A DNA stretch of 63,557 nucleotides, counting the filler. It is 9 parts of 9 records of this genome, joined end to end, with 100 filler letters (N's around TTAATTAATTAA, not from the genome) between each part and the next. Parts side by side here need not be neighbours in the genome. Positions count along the whole stretch, not along the records: positions 20,793 to 27,594 come from SRR31156797_63112; positions 27,695 to 34,583 come from SRR31156797_63205; 7 more parts are not named here. One strand, 5' to 3'. The translations under genes and the position numbers were made by a program. Of this stretch, positions 21,017 through 31,217 are shown in pieces; position 1 is the first letter of the stretch; the number at the start of each line of letters is the position of its first letter. Below the pieces are notes generated by a model. That model saw only the letters and a list, made by a program, of their open reading frames with translations, had not been told where the DNA came from and did no database searches.

Positions 21017-22522
21017 TCAGCCTGCCTTCAGTCCGAGCCGAACCAGCTGTTCCTCAGGACAGTCATACTCCTTCAGGGCCTTGATCATCAGGCTTTTCAT
21101 CCGGGATTCCAGTTCTTCATCATGGAGCTCGACATTCTGCTCATAGTCTTTTGCCAGGTCATAGAGATGATCCTTTTCATGATAGCAGGACCTTTTGTCG
21201 AATAACTGGGATTCGTTGGTGAAGTCAAAGATCTCAGCGGGGATGGAATATACGGGGAAGTCGGTCCAGCTCAGAAAGCGGCCCATCCCGATCCGTTTGT
21301 AATCGGATATCTTCTCGCCTCCCATATACTGGTTCAGGGTCACCGGCATAGAGGTGTACAGATTCAGGGGCTTGTTTTCGCTGCTTCCCGGGCATTTGAA
21401 ATAGCAGTACCTTCCGTCTGTAATATTCATACTCTGGCCGTAAAGACCGTAGAGGATATACTCTCTCAGGGATGATTCTTTATCTTCTATCAAGGGGAAG
21501 AGATTTTTGCCATGGATGGGATTTGATATATCGCGATCGCTTATGCCGTGATGGGCCGCAATGGTTGGAAAGATATCGATGTTCTGTGTCAGAGCGCTGA
21601 TTCTCTTCTCTTCTTTCTGCCCCGGCACATGTATCAAAAGGGGAATGTGATAGACCTCGTTGTAGGCGGGCATGTAGTTTTTAGCAATTAGCCCGTGCTC
21701 TCCCAGCATGTAGCCATGGTCTGTGGTAAAAATGATCAGAGTGTCGTCCCATCGTTTCTGCCTATCGCAGACTTCCAGAAGCTTCCCCATCCATTTGTCA
21801 GTCATGGACAGGGTCGCCGCATAGCGGTTTCTGATGTGCTTCAGTTCTTTTTCACTGCCGCTGAATGGCTTGTATTCCGGCCAATAGAATTCTTCTTCAT
21901 CGTAATCGTCAGCATAAAGGTCCAGGAACTCCCTGGGGGTTTCGAAGGGCTCATGGGGGTCGAAGCCTTCAACCCATAGCAGGTAATCGTCTTCGTCTCC
22001 ATGGCGTTCCAGCCATTTTACGGCAGACTGGAAGGTTTTCGGTGTCGTGTACTCTTCTTCCGTTGAAAAAGATTTCCTGTTTTCATGGTAAAACTCGTCA
22101 TAATGCCCTTTGTGCCCGGGGGGCGAGTAGTTGTCGTCCGACCATTCCCGGCAGTCATGTTCCTGGCCCCGTAAGCAGTTCCAGGTATCAAAGGTCTGGC
22201 AGTAGCCCTCGCCTCCCAGTTCGAGGTAGTGATAGTGGTCCGTGACCATATGGGAGCGGACGGAATTCTTCCTTAAGAGTTCGGGGAGTGTCTGGTCGAA
22301 GGGTTCGACGGGGCCCCAATTTCGCTCAAGAAAGTTCAATCGTCCCGTCAGCATGTCCCGTCTGGCCGGCATGCAGGGTGCCGAACCGGTCCAGTGGTTG
22401 TCGAAAACGCAGGACTTTTTCTGTAGTCTTTCCAGATTGGGCGTCAGGGCAACGGTTTCTTTGTTATATGTCTTTAGGAAGCGTCTGTTTACGCTGTCGT
22501 TCAGGATTACTATGGTTTTCAT
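21017..22522 (-). CDS. Cys-type formylglycine-dependent sulfatase, no signal peptide
   Basis: CMPARRDMLTG (CxPxR), DPHEP, TTDHG. Confidence 0.94.
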   Translation of the reverse strand: MKTIVILNDSVNRRFLKTYNKETVALTPNLERLQKKSCVFDNHWTGSAPCMPARRDMLTGRLNFLERNWGPVEPFDQTLPELLRKNSVRSHMVTDHYHYLELGGEGYCQTFDTWNCLRGQEHDCREWSDDNYSPPGHKGHYDEFYHENRKSFSTEEEYTTPKTFQSAVKWLERHGDEDDYLLWVEGFDPHEPFETPREFLDLYADDYDEEEFYWPEYKPFSGSEKELKHIRNRYAATLSMTDKWMGKLLEVCDRQKRWDDTLIIFTTDHGYMLGEHGLIAKNYMPAYNEVYHIPLLIHVPGQKEEKRISALTQNIDIFPTIAAHHGISDRDISNPIHGKNLFPLIEDKESSLREYILYGLYGQSMNITDGRYCYFKCPGSSENKPLNLYTSMPVTLNQYMGGEKISDYKRIGMGRFLSWTDFPVYSIPAEIFDFTNESQLFDKRSCYHEKDHLYDLAKDYEQNVELHDEELESRMKSLMIKALKEYDCPEEQLVRLGLKAG

Positions 22523-22605
22523 CTTTACGGTCTCCTACTGTCGTGTTGTTTTGGCTGAGTTGTATTTCATGGTTCTATTCGTATTTTCTTAATCGGGAAA
22601 TCCTG

Positions 22606-23817
22606 TCAGACGGTAAATCCCATGTACTTGTTGAATATGAGAGCGGCTCCTCCCTGAATCATCTTTTCCCCGTCCAGGTTGATCCAGGAGGTGTTCAGGT
22701 CCAGCTCCGGGTAATACCCTGAGAGCTGATCGATTTCGTTGATGATTTCTTCAAACATCTCTCTGAATTCCAAAGACATCCTGCCGCAGAATATAATCTC
22801 ATCCGGCCTCAGCAGGTAAATGAAGTTCCCCAACGCCGCCTTATAGGCCTCTTTCATTTCATTCATGACGAAGTCAATCTGCTGCTTGTTATGTCCCGAG
22901 TCTATCGCCTCGGTGATCATTTCCAGTTCGGGGGAGAAATGCCATGGATCTTCTTTGAATCTGGCTTCGCTTGCCTCTCTTTTTTTTCCGTCCTCCCACA
23001 TAAACGGACTGAGATTTCGGGTCAGTGACGGAATATTTCCAAAGGTATGAAGGCATCCCCGTCTTCCGCAGACACAGGGCGTTCCCTTGAAATCTATGAC
23101 CTGATGGGCGAGCAGGGCGCTCTGGTCTCTGTGGTGAAGGCTTGATTTTCCCCGGTTGTAAGGAGAAGAGCCTATGCCCTTGTCAATCCAGAGTAAACCG
23201 ATGTCCTTATTCAGATCATGCTCCTGGAAGAGCAATTCCCCCATCAGAGCCGTTTCGGCGAAATAATCCAGGGTCACTGGGATGTTCAGTTTCTCCTCGA
23301 GCATGTCGACTATGGGGATATTGTGCCAGCCCGGCAGCTGCTCGGGCATCAGAACCGATCTGCACTCGTTGTCCAGGGGGCCGACGATCCCTATGCCCAC
23401 TCCCAAGAGCTTGGCCGGGTCAATGCCGGAGCTCAACTTCCTGCAGGCATCCGCGAAGAAGAGAACGGCCTTTTCCGGGGTGCTATAATCCTCGTACAGC
23501 CCCTCGATTGAGTCCAGGATCCTGCCGCCGATGTCACAGAGGCCCATGCCGATGACATCCGCATTCATATAGGCGCCCAGGGAATAAACGGCATCGGGGG
23601 TGATTGTGAATTCACCGGCCTTTCTTCCGCTCCCCTTGCTGCCGACTATGAGGCCTTCTTTTTCCAGTTCCCCGATAAAGCGGTTGATGTTTGTGAGGGA
23701 GCCGCCGAGCTCTTCAACAATCTTGCTCTTTGAGATCGGTCCTCTCTGGTGGATGAGGAGATAGACCGCCTTTTCAGTTATCCTGAATTCGTTTATTTCA
23801 CTGAATTTTCTAAACAT
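22606..23817 (-). CDS. ROK family transcriptional regulator
   Basis: N-terminal HTH, GVGIGIVGP, GIG, H...CVCGRRGC zinc motif. Confidence 0.92.
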   Translation of the reverse strand: MFRKFSEINEFRITEKAVYLLIHQRGPISKSKIVEELGGSLTNINRFIGELEKEGLIVGSKGSGRKAGEFTITPDAVYSLGAYMNADVIGMGLCDIGGRILDSIEGLYEDYSTPEKAVLFFADACRKLSSGIDPAKLLGVGIGIVGPLDNECRSVLMPEQLPGWHNIPIVDMLEEKLNIPVTLDYFAETALMGELLFQEHDLNKDIGLLWIDKGIGSSPYNRGKSSLHHRDQSALLAHQVIDFKGTPCVCGRRGCLHTFGNIPSLTRNLSPFMWEDGKKREASEARFKEDPWHFSPELEMITEAIDSGHNKQQIDFVMNEMKEAYKAALGNFIYLLRPDEIIFCGRMSLEFREMFEEIINEIDQLSGYYPELDLNTSWINLDGEKMIQGGAALIFNKYMGFTV

Positions 23818-23852
23818 ATGCTACGTACCCTATGATGATTCTATACCTCTCT

Positions 23853-25385
23853 CTAGCATTCATCCAGTTCCATGCCTGAAGTTCTTTCGTTCTCCCCGGA
23901 TTCAGTATCTTTATGCTTTAAGGCGAACCACAGCGAGCCGGCGATCATGATCGCATTGGCAATCAGGAGTACCAGGGCTACCGGTCTCTGGAGGAAGATA
24001 AGGATTCCGTCGTCTGTCAGAAGGAGCGACTTCCTGTAATTGTTCTCCAGGAGGGGCCCCAGTATGCCTCCGATTACAATAGGAGCGAGGGGGTACTGGG
24101 CCAGTCTGAACAAAATTCCCACCAGGCCGAAGGCCAGCATAACCCAGAGGTCGAATACCGAGGCCTGGAGGGCGAAGGTTCCTATGGCGCAGAGCAGCAG
24201 GACCGTAGGGATCAGGTAGGACTTTCTGATCCTCAGAACATAGATGAACAGGGGGGTCGCGAAGATTCCGGCCAGAAGGAGGAAAATATTGGAAGAAAGG
24301 TACACCAGGAAGATCCCTCCGACCACGTCGGGATTATGCTCGAACATGGCGGGACCGGGGAAGAATCCCAGGATCAAAAGGGCTCCCAGTAGTACGGCGG
24401 AGGAGGCGTCTCCGGGAATGCCCAGAGCCAGTGTCGGTATCAGGGTTCCTCCGACGGTCGCATTGTTTGCGCTTTCCGTGGTGACGACGCCCCCTTCTTC
24501 CCCTTCTCCATACTTTTCATGGGGCTTGGCCATGGCCTTGGAGACTGCATAGGCGGTAAATGAGCTGATAACGCCTCCTGCGCCGGGGAGGGAGCCGAAG
24601 AAGGCTCCGATGACCGATGATCGGATCAGATTTCCCCCATGTTTCAGAACGGTGACAACGGATCTGAAGCTGGCTCTGAAGATTTCGATATCGGCCTTTT
24701 CGGTCAGGTCCTTTCCCATAATCTGGAAAACCATCTCCGATATGGCAAAGAGGCCGACCACCACGGCTACGATATGGAATCCGTTCAGAAGGTTGTAGGA
24801 GCCGAAGGTAAAGCGGTAGCCCGTAGAGAACTCATCGGTTCCGATGGTGGCCAGCAGCAGCCCGAAGCATCCGGAGAGAAGTCCCTTCAGCAGAGATCCC
24901 TTGGATATGACGGAGATGGCTATCAATCCCGTAATGGCCAGGGCCGTGTATTCGGGAGGGGCGAAACGGCTTGCGAATTTTGCCAGAACGGGGGCGAACA
25001 GGATCAGGATGATACCGCCCAGAAGTCCGCCCATGGAGGATGCTGATATGGCGATGCCCACCGCATCGGATGCCCGTCCTTTCTGAGCCATGGGGTAGCC
25101 GTCCAACAGGGTGGCCGCTGCCAGAGGGGTTCCGGGAATCCTGAGGAGGATGGCCGAGACCGATCCGCCGCAGGACCCCCCTACGAAAATAGCGATTAAA
25201 AATCCCATTGCGGACACTGGAGGCTGTGTTACCGCAACGGGAAGCATCAGTATAATTCCCATCAGGGGACCGAGTCCCGGCAGGGCTCCCACGAGGAGGC
25301 CGAAGATAACACCCAGAAATGTAAGAGTTAGGGATAAGGGTGTAGCGAAGAGAGCCAATCCTGCTCCCAGTGATTCCAATAACAT
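23853..25385 (-). CDS. tctA: Tripartite tricarboxylate transporter large permease
   Basis: GALPGLG, LRIPGTP, DGYPMA, ESANNA, LGIPG. Confidence 0.95.
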   Translation of the reverse strand: MLLESLGAGLALFATPLSLTLTFLGVIFGLLVGALPGLGPLMGIILMLPVAVTQPPVSAMGFLIAIFVGGSCGGSVSAILLRIPGTPLAAATLLDGYPMAQKGRASDAVGIAISASSMGGLLGGIILILFAPVLAKFASRFAPPEYTALAITGLIAISVISKGSLLKGLLSGCFGLLLATIGTDEFSTGYRFTFGSYNLLNGFHIVAVVVGLFAISEMVFQIMGKDLTEKADIEIFRASFRSVVTVLKHGGNLIRSSVIGAFFGSLPGAGGVISSFTAYAVSKAMAKPHEKYGEGEEGGVVTTESANNATVGGTLIPTLALGIPGDASSAVLLGALLILGFFPGPAMFEHNPDVVGGIFLVYLSSNIFLLLAGIFATPLFIYVLRIRKSYLIPTVLLLCAIGTFALQASVFDLWVMLAFGLVGILFRLAQYPLAPIVIGGILGPLLENNYRKSLLLTDDGILIFLQRPVALVLLIANAIMIAGSLWFALKHKDTESGENERTSGMELDEC

Positions 25386-25397
25386 ATCTAACTCTCC

Positions 25398-25910
25398 TTA
25401 CCAGGGGATATTCAGTCTGAAGACACCGCCGGGAAGAACGATCTTCAGAAAAAACTCGAAAACGAATGAAAGAAGAAATGTAATGATGAAGCTGGTCAGG
25501 ATCACCTGAACCGGCTTTTTCATTCCCGTCAGAAAGACGATTCCCATCATCATCAGGGGCGTGGCGATGTAATATCCCAACACTCCCAGGGCCCAAAGGT
25601 ATACAGCAAAGATCACGAGCAGAAGAACCGCTCTATTCAGGGCTGCCCTGTCCGGTCCGGCAGCGGAAGTTTCGTTTTTCTGCTTACCGGATTCAGTTCT
25701 GCCTGATACAGACTGCAGGACCAGCAGAATGATTGATAGTATGCCGATGATGATAGCAACAGCTCTCGGATAGGCTGCCGCATTGTCGTAGGGACCGCCG
25801 GAAGCGATTCCGCTCGCTGTCATGTCAGTTAATATCTGTTGAAATACGATAGCCACTAACACTGCGAAGAAGAGGAAAACCAGCCATTCTGCCCGCCTGC
25901 GATTTGTCAT
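25398..25910 (-). CDS. tctB: Tripartite tricarboxylate transporter small subunit
   Basis: Four TM helices, YP...LGY...LP motifs; lies between tctC and tctA. Confidence 0.88.
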   Translation of the reverse strand: MTNRRRAEWLVFLFFAVLVAIVFQQILTDMTASGIASGGPYDNAAAYPRAVAIIIGILSIILLVLQSVSGRTESGKQKNETSAAGPDRAALNRAVLLLVIFAVYLWALGVLGYYIATPLMMMGIVFLTGMKKPVQVILTSFIITFLLSFVFEFFLKIVLPGGVFRLNIPW

Positions 25911-25925
25911 TTCGTTCTCCTGTGA

Positions 25926-26939
25926 TTATTTCAGCTGCTTCAGTTCCGTCTGTTCCCATTCGAGGGCATTGCCCATGCTCATAAGCTGTTCATGAACGGA
26001 GCCGACGATTTCTTCGTACTGATCATAGTCCCATTCCAGAGCAACGAAACCAAGGTTGGCGATCTTGCTTCTGACCTCTTCATCGGCCATGACCTTTTTC
26101 ATAGCGGCTCTCAGAACCTCGGTTACATCGTCGGGGGTCTCTTTTCTGACCAGCCACCAGGTCCAGCCCATGGGGCCCAGGTTGGAGAGACCCAGATCGA
26201 TATCCAGGTCGGCAAAGCTGGGGGCTCCGTTAAAAGACGCCTTGGCTCCGGGCAGTTCGGACAGGACAACCAGCACTCTGAGGCTTTCGGGATCTTTGAG
26301 GTAGTTTCCGACGTTGAGGAATGCGAAGTCGAGTACGCCGGACTTCAGGTCTTTGTCGGAATTCCCGTCTGCAGAGTAGGGGATCTGCTGGGCGACGACG
26401 CCGTAGGACTGAAGAACCTTGGCGATAACCATGTGGGGCAGGTTGTTTCTGGAACCGGTGGAGTACCGGAGCTCTCCGGGATGGGCTTTGCCGTATGCCA
26501 TCAGCTCTTCAAAGGTATTCCATCTGGTTTCATCCTTTCTGCAGGCGATGGAGAAGGCATTGGAGGCCACGGAATGGAGGGGCTTGAAGTCGTTGTAGTC
26601 CCAGTCGGCGTTTCCGAGGATGGGTTGCAGTACGAGGGGGGCGACATAACCGTCGAAAACGGAGTAGCCATCTGAAGGTTTGTTCAGTACGGTCTGAAAT
26701 CCTTTGGTTCCAGCTGCTCCGGGAGTGGAAATCACAGTCATGGAGACACCCAGTTCTTCTCCAAGTGCGGAGGCTACGATCTGGCTGACCGACATAGCCG
26801 TTCCGGGGCCCCAGGGGTGGATCAATTCAATGGTTCTTGCAGGGAATCCTGCACTGCCGGTTTCTCCCTGGCCGGCAGCGGACAGCGATGCTGACAAAGA
26901 CATCAGTACGCTGATCAGTATAATCGTTCCTTTTTTCAT
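25926..26939 (-). CDS. tctC: Tripartite tricarboxylate transporter substrate-binding protein (Bug/TctC)
   Basis: Signal peptide MKKG...AAGQGE; FPARTIELIHPWGPG, PGAAG, DGY; start placed after AAGGAG. Confidence 0.9.
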   Translation of the reverse strand: MKKGTIILISVLMSLSASLSAAGQGETGSAGFPARTIELIHPWGPGTAMSVSQIVASALGEELGVSMTVISTPGAAGTKGFQTVLNKPSDGYSVFDGYVAPLVLQPILGNADWDYNDFKPLHSVASNAFSIACRKDETRWNTFEELMAYGKAHPGELRYSTGSRNNLPHMVIAKVLQSYGVVAQQIPYSADGNSDKDLKSGVLDFAFLNVGNYLKDPESLRVLVVLSELPGAKASFNGAPSFADLDIDLGLSNLGPMGWTWWLVRKETPDDVTEVLRAAMKKVMADEEVRSKIANLGFVALEWDYDQYEEIVGSVHEQLMSMGNALEWEQTELKQLK

Positions 26940-27036
26940 ATTAGACTCCTTTTGATAAATCATTTCGTCATCTAAGCAAGCAATCTGAAGGTTCCTCTTG
27001 ATGATTTGATGTATTTTGCAAGATTTGATGATCTAT

Positions 27037-27095
27037 TTAGATAACTAATATAGTTATCTAATGAGCATGTTAAGGCCGTTTGTTTGAACTGTCAA
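27037..27095 (-). promoter_or_regulatory. Sigma70 promoter of the tct operon with a palindromic operator at +1
   Basis: TTGACA (27095-27090)-17 nt-TAACAT (27072-27067); perfect TTAGATAACTA-ATA-TAGTTATCTAA at 27037-27061. Confidence 0.75.
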
Positions 27096-27384
27096 GGAGA
27101 ATATTTGAATTTAGACGACCATAATGGATGTCTCTGTTCTTTTGTTCCCGGGGAGTTGTTAAGGGGAACTGAATGACACCCCTGCTCTACCGGGGAAGGG
27201 AATTTACATAAATGGAAATCTGAAGCTGCATCAGAGACGTTCCGGTAACATCTTTCTTCTTTTGTTTTGATAAAATCAGGGATTAAGAACTTAGAAAAGA
27301 GAATTATCGCGGATTATCCTGTTTTTTCAGCAACAATTTATTATTGGTATGCTCTTTGCAGCTAACCTCAGCAAGGAGTCTGTT

Positions 27385-27594
27385 ATGAATCTGCTTGTTA
27401 AAAATCCCTGCTGCTTGCTACTCTTTATTCTTCTCTTGTTTTCTGGGTGCTTAAGCAAGGCAGATGATACTTCGGTCACTGTCTTCGCTGCCGCCAGCAC
27501 TATCGATCTGATGAACGATCTTGCCCTTGCTTTCGAGCGGAAGGAGGGTGTTCCTGTAAAGATCAATCCCGCTTCCAGCGGAACCCTGGCCAGA
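27385..27594 (+). CDS. modA: Molybdate ABC transporter substrate-binding protein (truncated)
   Basis: Lipobox FSGC, VFAAAS, ASSGTLAR. Confidence 0.85.
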
Positions 27595-28051
27595 NNNNNN
27601 NNNNNNNNNNNNNNNNNNNNNNNNNNNNNNNNNNNNNNTTAATTAATTAANNNNNNNNNNNNNNNNNNNNNNNNNNNNNNNNNNNNNNNNNNNNAGTGTG
27701 ACCTCCATTTGATTAAATGAATATCCCGGGGAGGCTTCCTTCCCCTGTAATTAATTCATTCATTGAATTTATTAATTGCACGAGAATGGAGAATTGTCAA
27801 TTGATGGTCTGACAAGAATGCAAAAAAGCATAAGCACCCGCCTTGCTGGAGCCAAAACAGATAGGGAAACTGAAAATTCGGAGGAGGACCGACATGACTA
27901 CTGACGATCGATCTACCAGAGCAGGATTGTTTCGGTCTGAAGAATGAAACAATTCCTTTGTATTCCTATATATCCTTGATCTTTACATATCTCTGTCTTA
28001 TTGTACCGGAGCAAAAGATTTTGAATGCAATACAATCAGAAATAGAAATGA

Positions 28052-28858
28052 TTACTCCTTCACAGCTCCCATGGTCATACCTTTGACAAGATTATTCTGA
28101 ACAAGCATAGTAAATATGATGATCGGCAGAATAGCCATCACACCGACTGCAGCCATTTCTCCCCAAAGGACTCCGAGTACAGAGATAAAACTCGTCACGA
28201 TTGTCGGAACAGTTCTGGAACTGAAACTTGTCAGAAAGAACGCAAAGGCGAACTCATTCCAACTGTTGATAAAGCAGAAAATCGATGTTGCAGTGATCCC
28301 CGGAAAAATGGAAGGGAATACAATTCTGACAAATCCTGAGAAACGGGAACAGCCGTCAATCCAGGCGGCCTCCTCCATGGCCAAAGGGATGTCTTCAATA
28401 AATCCCCGCATCATCCAGATGGTAAAGGGGATATTGAATCCGAGATAGGCGATTATTAGAAATAGCCTTGTATCAAGAAGGCCCAGATACTTCCCCATAA
28501 TAAAGTATGGAATGACAACAGCCATGGGAGGAAGCATTCTCATGGAAAGAAACCAGAAGGCCAGATCCTCTCTTTTCCTGAAGCGGAAACGAGCCAGTCC
28601 GTATGCGGCCAGAGTCCCGACGAAAATGGAAATGGCAGTCGTGACACAGACGACAATGGTACTGTTGATCATAAATCGCATGAAATCGTACTTCTCAAAA
28701 ACAGTGAAATAGTTTTGAAAAGTGGGCTTGAAGAAGAAGGAGAAATTAATAATGTCCACACGCTGTTTTATGGAAATTAAAAACATCCAGAGAATCGGCG
28801 CAAGGGCAATGAAGATGACAATCCAGGTAAGGACGGGAATCAGAATCTTTCTTTTCAC
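28052..28858 (-). CDS. Carbohydrate ABC transporter permease (MalG-like)
   Basis: EEAAWIDG EAA loop, WNEF. Confidence 0.95.
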   Translation of the reverse strand: MKRKILIPVLTWIVIFIALAPILWMFLISIKQRVDIINFSFFFKPTFQNYFTVFEKYDFMRFMINSTIVVCVTTAISIFVGTLAAYGLARFRFRKREDLAFWFLSMRMLPPMAVVIPYFIMGKYLGLLDTRLFLIIAYLGFNIPFTIWMMRGFIEDIPLAMEEAAWIDGCSRFSGFVRIVFPSIFPGITATSIFCFINSWNEFAFAFFLTSFSSRTVPTIVTSFISVLGVLWGEMAAVGVMAILPIIIFTMLVQNNLVKGMTMGAVKE

Positions 28859-29739
28859 GATTCAGCCTCCCTCGAATATCTGATCCTCTTTGAGAGGAAC
28901 GTTATCACTGGTATGATTAAGAACAAAAGGATGACGGCATTGGCGCTTGCCCGGCCAATCCAATGAGTCTGTTTAAATCCAAGACGGAATATATGAAGAG
29001 CCATCAACTCGGTCACGTTGCCTGGACCTCCCTGGGTAAGGCCATACACAATATCAAAGCTCTTCAAGCTCTCTATTGTCTTCAGTAAAAGGGCAATAGA
29101 AATAAGGGGGCTCAGATGGGGAAGGACGATATACCTCACCCGCTGCAGCCATGAAGCTCCGTCGATGGAAGCGACCTCAATCTGTTCTATGGGGACCGTC
29201 TGAAGCCCGGCATATGTTATTAATAGGATATAGGGCGTCCACTGCCATATATCGATGAGGATCAGTGCCGGAAAAGCAAAATCTATGCTAAGCCAATTGT
29301 ATCCGGACAGACCAGCACCCCTCAGAACAGTGTTCAGGATTCCATATTCGGAGTTCAAAATCAGTTTCCAGATCAAGGCGATAATGGCCGGGGTTGTGAT
29401 CATCGGTATAATGATGAGTGATATCTTCAACTTCCTGAATCGTTCGTTGCTATCGAAAAGAAAAGCCAGTACGACTCCCAGCACCATCTCTATAGTTACA
29501 GTTGACACGGTAAATGAAATGGTCAGAAGAACCGACTTCCAGAAGTCCTTGTCCACTGAAAAAAGGTACCAGAAATTTTTTAATCCTACAAAAGACAGAT
29601 TTCCGGACTTCTGGGACAGATCGTAATTTGTAAGACTGACGATATAAAGAAAAATCGTCGGAAACACAGAGATGAGCAGAAGAATGATCACTGAAGGAGC
29701 CAGAAAAACCATATGCTCATTTCTTTTTAATATATCCAA
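28855..29739 (-). CDS. Carbohydrate ABC transporter permease (MalF-like)
   Basis: WQWTP, EVASIDGA, TQGGPG. Confidence 0.95.
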   Translation of the reverse strand: MDILKRNEHMVFLAPSVIILLLISVFPTIFLYIVSLTNYDLSQKSGNLSFVGLKNFWYLFSVDKDFWKSVLLTISFTVSTVTIEMVLGVVLAFLFDSNERFRKLKISLIIIPMITTPAIIALIWKLILNSEYGILNTVLRGAGLSGYNWLSIDFAFPALILIDIWQWTPYILLITYAGLQTVPIEQIEVASIDGASWLQRVRYIVLPHLSPLISIALLLKTIESLKSFDIVYGLTQGGPGNVTELMALHIFRLGFKQTHWIGRASANAVILLFLIIPVITFLSKRIRYSREAES

Positions 29740-29812
29740 AGCACTCTCCTAAATCAGAAATACAGAAGAAGACGGCAGCCTCCTTCTGTATAAGCCTACG
29801 GGCAACCGCTAT

Positions 29813-31183
29813 TTATTCATTCATTATCATTTCTACTTCTATGTCAGCCTTCCTCATGGCATCGGAAGCAGTTGTAATTCCGCTAAGAACGTCATTCCCG
29901 TAATTACCTACTATTTCGAGAACTTTGATAGCCTTGGCGTGAGGAGGAATCCAAATGATTCCGTCATCGACTAGATTCGCAGCCTCTTCAAGGGTTTCGA
30001 ACTGAGCGGGAAGAGAGATATCCTTTGCCACCATATCAGGATTCTTTAAAACAGACTCTCTGACAATAACTCCACCGTTCTCAACATATTCGAGGCTGTT
30101 CTTTTTGCTTGTCATCCAGTTGATGAAAGCCCAGGCCGCATCTTTCTGCTTCTGTGAAACATCGCTGGAAATACCGACGCTCCATCCGGCAAGGGGAGCA
30201 TAGGCTCCCGCGGGTCCTGCGGGAAGGGGGACAAAACCGACCTTGTCTGTCACAATGGACTTGGTGGGATCCAGGATCCAGGACGCGATAGCTGTGGCAT
30301 CGATCCACATGGCTGTTTTACCGGCCATAAACGCGCTGATGGCCTCTTCATGAGTGTATACAGAGATGTCCGGAGGCCCCTGTTTCAATAGCTCTACAAA
30401 ATACTCAAGGGAAGCGATTGTTTCAGGCTCGTCAACAAGGACTTCCCATGTTTTCTGATCAAGATACTGTCCGCCCAGGGAGTAGATAAGAGTCATCCAA
30501 CCGCTGGCGAAGTGAATCCCTTTCTGAGCTCTCATGGCGATACCATATACATCGTCAACGCTTTCATTAAAGAATTTCGCCAGTTCCAGAAGCTCATCAA
30601 GTGTCTTGGGAGGCTCCTTTCCGTACTCGTCAAAAAGGTCTTTTCTATAGGCAAGAAAGCGGCTCTCACCGGCCACGGGAATCCCGTAGATAGTTCCGTT
30701 ATAGCTGCCCACACCGTTTCTGTACGCGGACATCACATCTATATAATCAAACCAGTCGGGTGTCTTCGAAGGATCACCGATGTAACCTGACAGATCTTCC
30801 ATCAACTCGACTTCCTCATACTGGGGAAGGTTGAAAGCATCAAGAAAAAGAACATCATATGTACCGGTTCCGGACTGATGATCCATAAGGATTTTTTCTC
30901 GCAGCAGCCCCTCTTCCAGAATGTCCCAACGTACTTTGATTCCTGTAAGAGCTGTGAATTCCTTTGTCATAGTCCTCATGGCATCGCTTGAGGGATGAGA
31001 CATACTTGCTACAGTGATGGTTGAACCGTTGAACTCATCTTGAATATAAGACAGATACGGATCATCTGTTGCCGTGACAGCTTCATCACTCTGCCCCCCG
31101 GCAAATAGTGCACTTGTCAAAGCAAATGCCATGGAAAGCGCGAAAAGCCCCCTCACCCATTTCCTACACACATTCAATTTCAT
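29813..31183 (-). CDS. Carbohydrate ABC transporter substrate-binding protein
   Basis: Spirochaete-type signal LFAGGQ; YGIP, YRKDLF, PKTLDEL. Confidence 0.93.
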   Translation of the reverse strand: MKLNVCRKWVRGLFALSMAFALTSALFAGGQSDEAVTATDDPYLSYIQDEFNGSTITVASMSHPSSDAMRTMTKEFTALTGIKVRWDILEEGLLREKILMDHQSGTGTYDVLFLDAFNLPQYEEVELMEDLSGYIGDPSKTPDWFDYIDVMSAYRNGVGSYNGTIYGIPVAGESRFLAYRKDLFDEYGKEPPKTLDELLELAKFFNESVDDVYGIAMRAQKGIHFASGWMTLIYSLGGQYLDQKTWEVLVDEPETIASLEYFVELLKQGPPDISVYTHEEAISAFMAGKTAMWIDATAIASWILDPTKSIVTDKVGFVPLPAGPAGAYAPLAGWSVGISSDVSQKQKDAAWAFINWMTSKKNSLEYVENGGVIVRESVLKNPDMVAKDISLPAQFETLEEAANLVDDGIIWIPPHAKAIKVLEIVGNYGNDVLSGITTASDAMRKADIEVEMIMNE

Positions 31184-31217
31184 CTCCCTTCTCCTTTTGG
31201 TTTGAAGTTATTGAAAA

